DNA from: an uncultured Clostridia bacterium
GTDB lineage: Bacteria; Bacillota; Clostridia; TANB77; CAG-508
NCBI GenBank assembly: GCA_934169775.1
Contig: CAKPOI010000004.1
Location: 13,853 to 77,852 of the forward strand
Length of the DNA stretch: 64,000 nucleotides
Direction: 5' to 3'
Part shown: positions 1 through 9,325 of the stretch, piece by piece
Layout of the letters: each line of letters opens with the position of its first letter
Numbering within the stretch: the first letter of the stretch is position 1
The notes under the pieces: model-generated
Database searches by the model: none
Seen by the model: only the letters and a program-made list of their open reading frames with translations
Told to the model about the DNA's origin: nothing
Position numbers and translations under genes: made by a program

Positions 1-1568
1 AGCATTGGTTCTATATATTGATTTTTAAATAAGTCTGCATGTGTAAATCCTAATCTTTTTATTTCTTTTTCTATTAGTTCTTTTCCTTTTTCTATGTTTT
101 CTTCTCTTAGTGCTTTTTTGAACCAGGCTTTTATTTTGTTTTTTGCTCCTGTGCTTTTTACAAATTTTAGCCAATCTCTGCTTGGTCCTTTTGAATTTTC
201 TGATGTTAGTATTTCTATTATATCTCCACTTTTTAGTGGTGTTATTATTGGCATCATTTTACTGTTTATTTTGCAGCCTGTCATATGATTTCCTACTTCT
301 GCATGTACACTGTATGCAAAATCTATTGGTGTTGCCCCTCTTGGTAGTACTTTTATTGCCCCTTTTGGTGTAAATACATATACTTCATCTACAAATAATT
401 CTGTTCTTAATGTGTCTAAAAATTCTTGTGGGTCTTGCATATCTTTTTGCCATTCTAGTGTTTCTCTTAGCCAGGCTAATTTGTCTTCTTCTACTTTGAC
501 TGATTGTTTTTTTCCAAAATAACTTGCTTCTTTATATGCCCAATGTGCTGCTATTCCGTATTCTGCTACTCTATGCATGTCCCATGTTCTTATTTGTACT
601 TCAAATGGTGTTCCTTTTTCTCCTAATAAAGTAGTATGTATTGATTGATACATATTTGGTTTTGGTACTGCTATATAGTCTTTAAATCTTCCTGGCATTG
701 GGCTATACATTTCATGTACTACTCCTAATGCTGCATAACAGTCTTTTACTGAATTTACTAATATACGTAATGCAAATAAATCATATATTTGATCTAGTGT
801 TTTGTTGTCTCTTTTCATTTTTCTGTATATGCTATACAAGTGTTTTGCTCTTCCTGTTACTTCCGCATCTATATGTTGCTTTTTTAGTTGTACTCGTATA
901 TCTGCCATTATTTTTTCTATGAATTGTAGTCTTTCTTCTCTTTTTTTGTTTATTCCTTCTACTAATTCATGATATTCTTCTGGATATAAATATTTAAATG
1001 ATAAGTCTTCTAGCTCCCATTTCATTGAGTATAATCCTAACCTATTTGCTAGTGGAGCATATATTTCCATTGTTTCTTTGGCATTTGCTATTTGTCTATC
1101 TCTTTTTAGGAATTTTAGTGTTCTCATGTTGTGTAGCCTGTCTGCTAATTTTATGATTATTACTCTTATGTCTTTTCCCATTGCTAAAAACATTTTTCGG
1201 TAGTCTTCTACTTGTCTTTCTTCTACTGATACAAAATTCATTGTACCAAGTTTTGTTACTCCTTCTACCATGTCTGCTATTTCGTCTCCGAATTGTTTTC
1301 TTATATCTTGGTCTGTTACTTCTGTGTCTTCTATTACGTCATGCAATAATGCTGCACATATTGTGCTGTCATCTAATCCTACATCTGCTAGTATGTACGC
1401 TACATTCATTGGATGTATTATATATGGCTCTCCTGAATGTCTTTTTTGGTCTTTGTGTTTTTCGTTTGCCAAATTGTATGCTTTCATTATTAATTTTGTG
1501 TCTACTCTCCTTGAATGTTGCTTTCTTTTTGATATTATATCTTGTATTGTTATTTCTTTTTCTTGCAT
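1..1568 (-). CDS. relA: RelA/SpoT-family bifunctional (p)ppGpp synthetase/hydrolase; C-terminal part runs off the window
   Basis: Absent from the ORF track because no stop lies in the window. My translation of the minus strand from ATG 1568-1566 gives MQEKEITIQDIISKRK..RHSGEPYIIHPMNVAYILADVGLDDSTICAALLHDVIEDT (HD hydrolase), ..GRAKHLYSIYRKMKRDNKTLDQIYDLFALRILV..MPGRFKDYIAVPKPNMYQSIHTT (synthetase), ..VFTPKGAIKVLPRGATPIDFAYSVH (TGS). The frame is open to base 1. recJ-relA synteny is typical of Firmicutes. Confidence 0.9.
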   Translation of the reverse strand, partial: MQEKEITIQDIISKRKQHSRRVDTKLIMKAYNLANEKHKDQKRHSGEPYIIHPMNVAYILADVGLDDSTICAALLHDVIEDTEVTDQDIRKQFGDEIADMVEGVTKLGTMNFVSVEERQVEDYRKMFLAMGKDIRVIIIKLADRLHNMRTLKFLKRDRQIANAKETMEIYAPLANRLGLYSMKWELEDLSFKYLYPEEYHELVEGINKKREERLQFIEKIMADIRVQLKKQHIDAEVTGRAKHLYSIYRKMKRDNKTLDQIYDLFALRILVNSVKDCYAALGVVHEMYSPMPGRFKDYIAVPKPNMYQSIHTTLLGEKGTPFEVQIRTWDMHRVAEYGIAAHWAYKEASYFGKKQSVKVEEDKLAWLRETLEWQKDMQDPQEFLDTLRTELFVDEVYVFTPKGAIKVLPRGATPIDFAYSVHAEVGNHMTGCKINSKMMPIITPLKSGDIIEILTSENSKGPSRDWLKFVKSTGAKNKIKAWFKKALREENIEKGKELIEKEIKRLGFTHADLFKNQYIEPM

Positions 1569-1645
1569 TTATGTTTCATCCCCTTTTTATTTTGAGATTA
1601 TTTCTCTTTTATGCACAAATTCTAAGCGTTTTGTATGATTTCATT

Positions 1646-3343
1646 TTATACTGATTTCATTATGTCTTTTAAATTTATTTGTAACATATCTATACCATTA
1701 AAATGATTTATTTCTAAAACTCCTACTACATCTATTTTGTCTCCTATTCTGTAGTCTTCTGCTAAGTTTCCCATGTTAAATCCTATTGCATTTATTATTG
1801 TGTTGTTTTCTCTTAATGTTAATTTTAGATGTTTTCCTTCTGATAATGCTCTTATCGAATCGATTTTTAGATTTTTTATTGCAAATATTGGCATTTTGTT
1901 GCCTTCTCCAAATGGTTCTAATTGTTTTAGACTTTCTACCATTTGTTTGTTTATCTCATTTAGTTCTATTTTGCTGTCTATATATATTACTGGCACTATT
2001 TCTTTTATGTTTGATTCTTTGGCAATTTGTTCTACTTTTTGACTAAATTTTTCTACCATGTCTTTTTTTAGTGTTATTCCTATTGCCATACTGTGTCCGC
2101 CAAATCTTTCTATTGTATCTGTGCATTTCATAAGTGCTTCGTGTAAATCAAATCCTGGTATGCTTCTTCCTGAACCTTTTGCTAAATCGTCTTCATAACA
2201 TAGTAATATACTTGGTTTAAAATATAGTTCTGTTATTTTTGATGCTACTATTCCTATTACTCCATGGTGCCACCCTTCTCCTGCTACTACTATTGTGTTT
2301 TTTTCTTCGATATGTTCTTTTTGTATTAAGTTTAATGCTTCTTCATATATGTTTTTTTCTGTTTCTTGTCTTATTCTGTTATATTCATTTAATTCTGCTG
2401 TTAGTTTATTTACTTCATTTATGTCTTTTGATAAAAATAGTTTTAGTGCTTTTTCTGCATGTCCCATTCTTCCACATGCATTTATTCTTGGGGCTACTCC
2501 AAATGATATTGCTCCTGAATCTATTGTTTTGTATCCTGATGATATTAATAATGACCTTAACCCCATGTTTTTGGTTTGATTTACTAGCATTAACCCTAAT
2601 TTAGCTATTACCCTGTTTTCATCTCTTAGTGGCACTATGTCTGATATTGTTCCTACACATACTATGTCTAAGTATTTTAGGTATTCTTCTTCTGATAAGT
2701 TTAATTCTATTGATAGTGCTTGTATTAGCTTAAATACTACTCCAACTCCTGCTAGGTCTCTGCATGGATATTGATTGTCTTTTCTTTTGGCATCTACTAC
2801 TGCTAGTGCTTTTGGTAATTCTTCTGCTACTTCATGATGATCTGTTACTATTGTTTCTAATCCTATGTCATTTGCGTATTTTATTTCTTCTATTGCTGAT
2901 ATTCCACAGTCTACTGTTATCATTAATTTGTATTGTTCGTCTGCTATTTTCTTTACTGCTGGTTTGTTTAGTCCATATCCTTCTTCTAGTCTGTTTGGTA
3001 TATAATGGTCTACATGCAAATTGTTTGCTTCTAAAAAGCTTTTTAGTACTGTTATACTTGTTATTCCGTCTGCATCATAGTCTCCATATATTATTACTTT
3101 TTCTTGTTTTTCTATTGCTTGTTTTATTCTGTCTACAGCTTTTCTCATGTCTGGCATTAAGTATGGGTCATGGAAGTCTTTTCTTGTTGGATATAAAAAT
3201 ACTTTTAACTGTTCGTGGTCTGTCATATTTCTGTTTACTAGTATTGTGGCTAATAGCTTGTTTATCTGTTCTTTTTCTTCTAGCTCTTTTATCTTTTTTT
3301 CTGTTTGCTCATTTGTTTCGTATATTTGCCATTTTTTTGTCAT
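1646..3343 (-). CDS. recJ: single-stranded-DNA-specific exonuclease RecJ
   Basis: 565-aa ORF with DHH motifs (IIYGDYDADGITS, ITVDCG, VTDHHEV) and a DHHA1-type GGH motif (RFGGHSMAIG). Confidence 0.93.
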   Translation of the reverse strand: MTKKWQIYETNEQTEKKIKELEEKEQINKLLATILVNRNMTDHEQLKVFLYPTRKDFHDPYLMPDMRKAVDRIKQAIEKQEKVIIYGDYDADGITSITVLKSFLEANNLHVDHYIPNRLEEGYGLNKPAVKKIADEQYKLMITVDCGISAIEEIKYANDIGLETIVTDHHEVAEELPKALAVVDAKRKDNQYPCRDLAGVGVVFKLIQALSIELNLSEEEYLKYLDIVCVGTISDIVPLRDENRVIAKLGLMLVNQTKNMGLRSLLISSGYKTIDSGAISFGVAPRINACGRMGHAEKALKLFLSKDINEVNKLTAELNEYNRIRQETEKNIYEEALNLIQKEHIEEKNTIVVAGEGWHHGVIGIVASKITELYFKPSILLCYEDDLAKGSGRSIPGFDLHEALMKCTDTIERFGGHSMAIGITLKKDMVEKFSQKVEQIAKESNIKEIVPVIYIDSKIELNEINKQMVESLKQLEPFGEGNKMPIFAIKNLKIDSIRALSEGKHLKLTLRENNTIINAIGFNMGNLAEDYRIGDKIDVVGVLEINHFNGIDMLQINLKDIMKSV

Positions 3344-3450
3344 TTCTAACTTCGTTCCTTTCGTACTTTTTTATGCTTTGCTTTTTTTATTTTATTGTTC
3401 TTATTTCTCGCTTCTTATTTTTTTCTTTTACTATTTTACTATATCTAAAA

Positions 3451-3481
3451 AAAAATAGCAATGTTTAAGTTGCTATTTTTT
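3451..3481 (-). terminator. intrinsic terminator hairpin after the AAA-35 gene (copy 1 of a duplicated terminator)
   Basis: aaaaatagcaa-tgtttaag-ttgctattttt. On the minus strand the stem is followed by a long U run (A run at 3446-3455 on +). It lies 42 nt after the stop at 3523. Confidence 0.6.
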
Positions 3482-3522
3482 ATCTATATAAGTGTAAATT
3501 TTATTAATGTTGGCTTTTGCTA

Positions 3523-5190
3523 TTATATTATTTGCATTTTTACTTCTTTGCCTTTAAATGCAAATACCATTTTTGTTATGTTTGTATATCCTTTTTCTTG
3601 TAAATCTTCTTCGTATTTTCTTTCTTCTATTTGTTTCTTTGCATTTTCTATCATATCTTCTATTGTTTTTTCTTCTTTATTTTCTAATACTTTGAATTCC
3701 ATTATAAAACTGTTTCCATTTTTGTCTTTTGGCTCTAGCATTATATCATATCTTCCATATCCTGATTCTCTATTTGATTTTACATAGTAACTATCTTTTA
3801 GTCCTACTAACATTCCTAATACAAATGCATGATAAAAGTTTTCTGCTGTGTTTTCTCCTACATCCATATAACTGAACATTTGGCGTACTAATATTTCAAA
3901 TTTCTTTTCAAATTCTTTTAAATTTAATGTTATTAAGTCTTTTAATATTGTGTTTAAATTGTTTCCTATTACTTTATCATTAAACCATTCTCTTACTATG
4001 GTTTGGAATAAGAATTTTATTTCATAATTTGGTATTTTTACTTTGTATATTCCTGTTGCTAAATCTACTACTTCTGTTACTTTTAAATATCCTGTTCCTA
4101 ATAATAGTCCCCAGATATTTTCTTCGTTTTGCTCTATTCCTACTATTACTGTGTCTAAATTTATTGGTACTTCTATTTCTTCATCTCGTAATAATTGCTC
4201 TATTTTTTCTTTTACTGTTACACTATTTTTTAGTATTAATTTTATTAAGTCATTTGAACTTGTGTTTACCCAGTATGGTACTAATTCTTTTCTATTTAAA
4301 TAATTTAATATACTCCATGGATTATATATTCCTTTTGTATTTCCTATTGTATATCCATCATACCATTTTTTTATTTCTTCTTTTTGGTCTTGAACCTCAA
4401 AGTCTTGTATAATTTTATCCATTTCTTTTTCTGTTATCCCAAAGTCATCACTGAATTCGTCATCTAATACTGTATATACGTCAAAGTTGTTTGCTCCACT
4501 AAATATACTTTCTTTGGCTACTCTTGATACTCCTGTTAATACCGTTTTTTCTAAGCATATGTTATCTTTGAATGTTGTTCCATAAAATGTTTTGAAAAAT
4601 GATATTCCTTTTTCATAATAACCATTTACATATGCTGTTTGTAAAGGTACATCATATTCATCTAAAAATAACATTACTGGCTTATCATAATATCTGTTTA
4701 AATATTTACTTAGTGTTTTTATACTATTTCTTAATACTATTTCATCTTCTTTATATGATAATATTTCTTTTATTTGTTCTTTTTCAAATGGATATATTTT
4801 GTCACTATCTAATAAGTAAATGTGTTCTAAATACATATCTGATATTGCTGTTTTTAGATTTAATATCATATTTTCATAATTTACTTCTGCTACATCTTTT
4901 AGTGTTAAATATATACATGGATAATATCCTAGCTTTGATGTGTATTTTTCGTCTTGCTCCATTATTTTTAATCCTTCAAATATTTCTTTACTGTCTTTTT
5001 TTGTGCAGTCAAAATAGTATCTTAACATACTCATATTTAGTGTTTTTCCGAATCTTCTTGGTCTTGTTACTAATATTACTGATGCCTCATTGTCTATTAT
5101 GTCTTTTATATACATCGTTTTGTCTATATAATAATTTTTTCTTATTCTTAATGCTCTAAAATCACTTTGTCCTATTCCTATTCCATACAT
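3523..5190 (-). CDS. AAA-ATPase-like (AAA-35) N-terminal domain fused to a PD-(D/E)XK nuclease-like C-terminal domain; function unknown
   Basis: 555-aa ORF. N-terminus IGQSDFRALRIRKNYYIDKT..VILVTRPRRFGKTLNMSMLRYYF is the characteristic start of the predicted AAA-ATPase family. The C-terminal segment SGYGRYDIMLEPKDKNGNSFIMEFKV fits a PD-(D/E)XK core (D..E.K). Confidence 0.8.
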   Translation of the reverse strand: MYGIGIGQSDFRALRIRKNYYIDKTMYIKDIIDNEASVILVTRPRRFGKTLNMSMLRYYFDCTKKDSKEIFEGLKIMEQDEKYTSKLGYYPCIYLTLKDVAEVNYENMILNLKTAISDMYLEHIYLLDSDKIYPFEKEQIKEILSYKEDEIVLRNSIKTLSKYLNRYYDKPVMLFLDEYDVPLQTAYVNGYYEKGISFFKTFYGTTFKDNICLEKTVLTGVSRVAKESIFSGANNFDVYTVLDDEFSDDFGITEKEMDKIIQDFEVQDQKEEIKKWYDGYTIGNTKGIYNPWSILNYLNRKELVPYWVNTSSNDLIKLILKNSVTVKEKIEQLLRDEEIEVPINLDTVIVGIEQNEENIWGLLLGTGYLKVTEVVDLATGIYKVKIPNYEIKFLFQTIVREWFNDKVIGNNLNTILKDLITLNLKEFEKKFEILVRQMFSYMDVGENTAENFYHAFVLGMLVGLKDSYYVKSNRESGYGRYDIMLEPKDKNGNSFIMEFKVLENKEEKTIEDMIENAKKQIEERKYEEDLQEKGYTNITKMVFAFKGKEVKMQII

Positions 5191-5245
5191 GTTTACAGTC
5201 TCCTTTCTTTTCTAAATCTTTTTTCTTATTTTACTACATAATGCA

Positions 5246-5276
5246 AAAAATAGCAATGTTTGAATTGCTATTTTTT
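5246..5276 (-). terminator. intrinsic terminator after the secreted-protein gene (copy 2 of the duplicated terminator)
   Basis: aaaaatagcaa-tgtttgaa-ttgctatttttt, nearly identical to 3451-3481. It lies 51 nt downstream of the stop at 5327. Confidence 0.6.
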
Positions 5277-5326
5277 GAGGACTTTTATGTTTTTTATTGC
5301 TTGCTGTTAATGTTAATTTTGTGCTT

Positions 5327-5983
5327 TTATAGGCCTTCTCCACATACTACTACGGCACGAGAACCATTATCTTTTCCATATGAATTACTACTGCCGTCAT
5401 TATTATTAGAATAAAGTACACCAAAACATCCTCTCCTAAGTATCGGAGCACCTGCAGATGGATATTGAGTATTTACTCCAAATTTTCCAATTCCATCTCC
5501 TGCTTTTGAAACATATGATTCATATTTATTATAATATCTAGCATCTGCATTAAATATAACATTCATATTTGAGTTTGATGCTGGATATATTCCAGCAACA
5601 TATTCAAGACTTTCGTGTCCTAATTGCTTTATTCCTGATTCATTTCCTGTTGTTGTATCATTTGTACTTGTTGTTATTGTTCCATATTTAGAATATGATA
5701 AAATTCCTGCTGTCCCAAATTCTGTACTTAATGCCATATGGCAATCTATTCCATTTCCTGTTGTATCTACATATTTATCATCAAAAGTTACTGTTTTTCC
5801 TAATGTTCCATTTTGTGTTTCCATTCTTCTAATTGCTTTAAAATAGTTATTTGGTGTAGTATTGGTTAGACTTTTTCCTCCTTTATTTGCTTGTAATCCT
5901 GCATTTGCTTTATTTGGCATAACTATTATTGCCATAATAGTTATTATTGATATTATTAATATATTTCTAATTTTTATATTCAT
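5327..5983 (-). CDS. secreted hypothetical protein (Sec signal peptide), co-transcribed with the pseudopilin-like gene
   Basis: 218-aa ORF. N-terminus MNIKIRNILIISIITIMAIIVMPNKANA looks like a signal peptide with an A-x-A site. It is G/S/T/N-rich and starts 19 nt after the upstream gene. I recognise no family. Confidence 0.65.
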   Translation of the reverse strand: MNIKIRNILIISIITIMAIIVMPNKANAGLQANKGGKSLTNTTPNNYFKAIRRMETQNGTLGKTVTFDDKYVDTTGNGIDCHMALSTEFGTAGILSYSKYGTITTSTNDTTTGNESGIKQLGHESLEYVAGIYPASNSNMNVIFNADARYYNKYESYVSKAGDGIGKFGVNTQYPSAGAPILRRGCFGVLYSNNNDGSSNSYGKDNGSRAVVVCGEGL

Positions 5984-6002
5984 TTTTTCTTCTTCCTTCC
6001 TT

Positions 6003-8192
6003 TTAATCTATTGTACCTTGAACTTCATATTTACTCATCCAGTATCCTGCTAGTTGTTTACCTGCAAATGTAAAACTTTCTGGTATTACATAGCCGTAGT
6101 CCGCTGTTGTTTTTGATGTTGGTATAAATTTAACTTTTGCTATATTGTATTTTTCGTACAATTCTTCGTCTTCATTGTATTCATATCTTGGTACATATGT
6201 CCAATATGAAATTAGTTCATTACCACTTGCATCTGTTCCTTTTGTTACTATATTTGCCCATTTTTTGTTTTCATAATCATACCAGTTGTTAGGCATATTT
6301 GTTGCATTTCCTTTGCTGTCCAATTTTATTTTTTCTCCTATTTGCTCATTATTTCCTTGGTCATCATATGTGACATAATATGTGCAGTCTGGATTAAATC
6401 CACTTAAATCTACTTTTATTATATTTACTGGTAAATCTGTTGTTTTCATTGCTCCAACCATTCTGTTATTTTCTTCACTATATAAACAAATTTCATTTTC
6501 TTTATTATTGTCTAGATTTTTTATTTTATATGGTAAGCTTATACCTGTTTTACTCTTTTCACCATTTACATATATAGTATATGTCCCACTTGGTTTTGTT
6601 GTTGTTACTTCATATTCTGAATTTGCTACAGTGAGTTTAACTTCTTCTAAGTCTGATTTTTCGCTAAATTGTACTTCATATTTACTCATCCAATATCCAG
6701 GTAAAACTTTTTCATTAAATGTAAAACTTTCTGGTATTACATATCCATAGTCTGCTGTTGTTTGTAATGTTGAAATAAATCTAACTTTTGCTATATTGTA
6801 CTTTTCGTATAATTCTTCGTCTTCATTGTATTCATATCTTGGTACATATGTCCAATATGTTACATTATTTTCGTTTACAGTTACTAAGTTTGCCCATATT
6901 TTTTCTTCATAATTATACCAATTTACTGGTGCTGATATTTTGTCCATTCTTCCTGCTATTGTTTCTTTTCCATTATTATCATATGTTACATAATATGTTT
7001 TTTCTTTATCAAATCCACTTGTGTCAACATTTATAACACTTTTTGCCATTTTTCTTTCTCTTCCAACCATTCTGTTATTTGTTTCGCTATATATGCATAC
7101 ATCATATATTTTGGTTGCTTTTAAGTTATCTATTTTATATTCTGTGTCTAAACTTTGGTGTTCCTTATATTTTACTCCATCTAAATATATTGTATACAGT
7201 CCACTTGGATTTGTTGTTCCGACTTGTATTGCTTGTTCTAATGATTTTGTTTTTAATTGTTCTAATCCATTTGTTTCTGAAAATTGTACTTCGTATTTGC
7301 TTACCCAATATCCTTTTAATTTTTTATCTGCAAATTTAAACCCTTCTGATAATTCGCATGAACTTACATCTACTTCTCGATCACCTGAATCTGTTGACAT
7401 TGTGCATTTGTCATTTAAATCTACAAAATATGCTTCTGCACTACTGCTTCCTGCATTGTATTTATATCTTGGTACCCATGTCCAATACGTTACATCACTT
7501 TCTGTTACTGTTACTACATTTCCCCATATTTTGTTTTCATAATTATGCCATCCTGTTGTTGGCTTTTCTACTTTGTCTATTCTTCCATATATTGTTTCAT
7601 TATTTCCGTTTTCATCATATGTTACATAATATGTGGCTTCTGGATTAAATCCACTTAAATCTGGTTCATAATAGTATAAATTTCCTGTTTTGGTATATTC
7701 ACTTTCTGGTATATCATATTTTGGTGTATCATCACCTTTATTATCATCTTTTCCAGAATCTTCTGTGTAGCCTGTAACATTTAAGTTACTGTCTACTGTT
7801 ATTACCACATCTTTTGATAGTTTTGATACTCTTTTTTGGTATGTTATCGCTCCTGGAAATTTGTCTTCTTCATCTCCTAATGCCTCTCCTATTATGGCAT
7901 CTTTGTCTTTTTGATTTCCGTAATTTTTTCGAATTGCTTCTAGTGTTTTGCTTACTGTTACTTTGTCTCTTTCTCCATTGTTTTCTGTAATTACTTCCAT
8001 TAGTGCTACTTTTACTTCTTCTGTTTTTTGGGATATTACAGTCTTTTCTTTTGATTCTGAAGCTCTTTTTAGTATTCCATTATCTCCTGTTAAAGCTGCA
8101 ATTGCTACTCCTGCTAGTATTAATAGAATTACTATTGTAATCACGAGTGCAATTAATGTGATTCCTTTTGCCCCTTTTTCTTTCCTTAACAT
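6003..8192 (-). CDS. large surface protein with a prepilin/pseudopilin-like N-terminal helix and three tandem ~215-aa repeats
   Basis: 729-aa ORF. N-terminus MLRKEKGAKG-ITLIALVITIVILLILAGVAIAALTGDNGIL resembles a class III signal (charged leader, G, hydrophobic helix). Three repeats each contain SGF(N/D)..TYYVTYD..G..W(H/Y)(N/D)YE.K.W(G/A)N.VT..YWT(W/Y)VPRY(K/E)YN..GYW(V/M)SKYEVQ. Confidence 0.8.
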   Translation of the reverse strand: MLRKEKGAKGITLIALVITIVILLILAGVAIAALTGDNGILKRASESKEKTVISQKTEEVKVALMEVITENNGERDKVTVSKTLEAIRKNYGNQKDKDAIIGEALGDEEDKFPGAITYQKRVSKLSKDVVITVDSNLNVTGYTEDSGKDDNKGDDTPKYDIPESEYTKTGNLYYYEPDLSGFNPEATYYVTYDENGNNETIYGRIDKVEKPTTGWHNYENKIWGNVVTVTESDVTYWTWVPRYKYNAGSSSAEAYFVDLNDKCTMSTDSGDREVDVSSCELSEGFKFADKKLKGYWVSKYEVQFSETNGLEQLKTKSLEQAIQVGTTNPSGLYTIYLDGVKYKEHQSLDTEYKIDNLKATKIYDVCIYSETNNRMVGRERKMAKSVINVDTSGFDKEKTYYVTYDNNGKETIAGRMDKISAPVNWYNYEEKIWANLVTVNENNVTYWTYVPRYEYNEDEELYEKYNIAKVRFISTLQTTADYGYVIPESFTFNEKVLPGYWMSKYEVQFSEKSDLEEVKLTVANSEYEVTTTKPSGTYTIYVNGEKSKTGISLPYKIKNLDNNKENEICLYSEENNRMVGAMKTTDLPVNIIKVDLSGFNPDCTYYVTYDDQGNNEQIGEKIKLDSKGNATNMPNNWYDYENKKWANIVTKGTDASGNELISYWTYVPRYEYNEDEELYEKYNIAKVKFIPTSKTTADYGYVIPESFTFAGKQLAGYWMSKYEVQGTID

Positions 8193-8246
8193 TATATAAT
8201 CTCCTCTCTTGTTATTATTTTTTACAGGCTGTTTCTGTATAATTTT

Positions 8247-8275
8247 AGTATAGCAAATTTATTATCCATTTTCAA
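8247..8275 (-). promoter_or_regulatory. sigma-A-type promoter for the pseudopilin-like operon
   Basis: Minus strand TTGAAA (8275-8270), 17-nt spacer, TATACT (8252-8247), about 55 nt upstream of the ATG at 8192. Confidence 0.45.
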
Positions 8276-8289
8276 TATTTAAAATTATT

Positions 8290-8328
8290 TGTAATATATT
8301 TGTAATTTTTTTGTAATTTTTTTGTAAT
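8290..8328. repeat. four phased TGTAAT direct repeats (11-bp period) in the divergent intergenic region
   Basis: TGTAAT at 8290, 8301, 8312 and 8323. This is exactly one helical turn apart, immediately upstream of the -35 box at 8270-8275. Confidence 0.6.
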
Positions 8329-8431
8329 TTTTAAATATTTTCTTCTTTTTTGGAGATACTATTAATAAAAAGCTTTGCATATTATTTTTAATTAATAAAT
8401 GCGTATAAAGCATGAAAGGAACGTGTTTTAA

Positions 8432-9205
8432 TTGAAAAATAGAAAAAAATCTTGGTATATTATCATAACTGTTATTTTATTGTTTGCTTGTATATTGGCT
8501 TTTATGTTTTTTAAGAATAAAATTACAGGAAAAAACGAAACTTCAAAACAAGAAAATCAAACTGAACAAAATCAATATAAGGCAGAAAAAGCAGCTGCCT
8601 CAGAACAGAATTCAACAGATAATAGTAAAAATACTAATAAATCTATTGAGCAAAATAATAGTGTAGCAAATAGTCAAATTGATGAAAGTACATCTAATAG
8701 TTCTGGTTCTTCTAATAGTTCTTCTGACGATCTAGGTAAACAATATGTAGAAACTCAAATTGCTACTTTTACAACAAAAATTTATACAAAAGATGAGGCT
8801 AGACAAAATAATATGCAAATTACTGCTTCTAGGTTGAATAATCATGTTGTGAAAAATGGTTCTACTTTTTCTTTTTGCAATACTTTAGGGCCTTCTTCTA
8901 CTAAAAATGGCTACAGAGAAGCTGATATTTTTGACAATGATGGTAATAAAAAGAAAGGCCTTGGTGGTGGTAATTGCCAAATTAGTAGTACTCTTTATAA
9001 TGCTGTTTTGTCTGTTCCTTCTCTTTCTGTTATTGAGCGTCATGAACATAGTAATAATGTTCCTTATGTAAAAAAAGGTAAAGATGCTGCTGTGGCCTAT
9101 GGTAGTTATGATTTTAAATTTTCTAATAATTCTGGTAATGATATAAAGTTAGTTTTTAATGTTTCATCTGACTATGTTACTGCTACAATTTATAAATTGG
9201 AATAA
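8432..9205 (+). CDS. VanW family protein (membrane-anchored, low-complexity linker)
   Basis: 257-aa ORF with TTG start, N-terminal TM helix and S/N/Q-rich linker. VanW-type core: FSFCNTLGPSSTKNGYREA..GLGGGNCQISSTLYNAVL..ERHEHSNNVPYVKKGKDAAVAYGSYDFKFSNN. Confidence 0.85.
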   Translation: MKNRKKSWYIIITVILLFACILAFMFFKNKITGKNETSKQENQTEQNQYKAEKAAASEQNSTDNSKNTNKSIEQNNSVANSQIDESTSNSSGSSNSSSDDLGKQYVETQIATFTTKIYTKDEARQNNMQITASRLNNHVVKNGSTFSFCNTLGPSSTKNGYREADIFDNDGNKKKGLGGGNCQISSTLYNAVLSVPSLSVIERHEHSNNVPYVKKGKDAAVAYGSYDFKFSNNSGNDIKLVFNVSSDYVTATIYKLE

Positions 9206-9219
9206 TTTTTGTTATACTT

Positions 9220-9268
9220 GTATCTTATGATTTTAACTTGATTGGTTTTAATTTATAAGATACTTTTT
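9220..9268 (+). terminator. intrinsic terminator after vanW
   Basis: gtatcttat..loop..ataagatac followed by ttttt. Confidence 0.6.
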
Positions 9269-9325
9269 ATTATATTTACTGTTCTATGTTTTCTCGTTTT
9301 GCATATATTTTATTGGTGAATTAAT

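Noticed and set aside
8560-8740. Low-complexity N/S/Q-rich stretch in the VanW protein as a DNA repeat or contingency locus.
   Set aside because: There is no exact nucleotide periodicity. It is compositional bias of a linker region rather than a tandem repeat.
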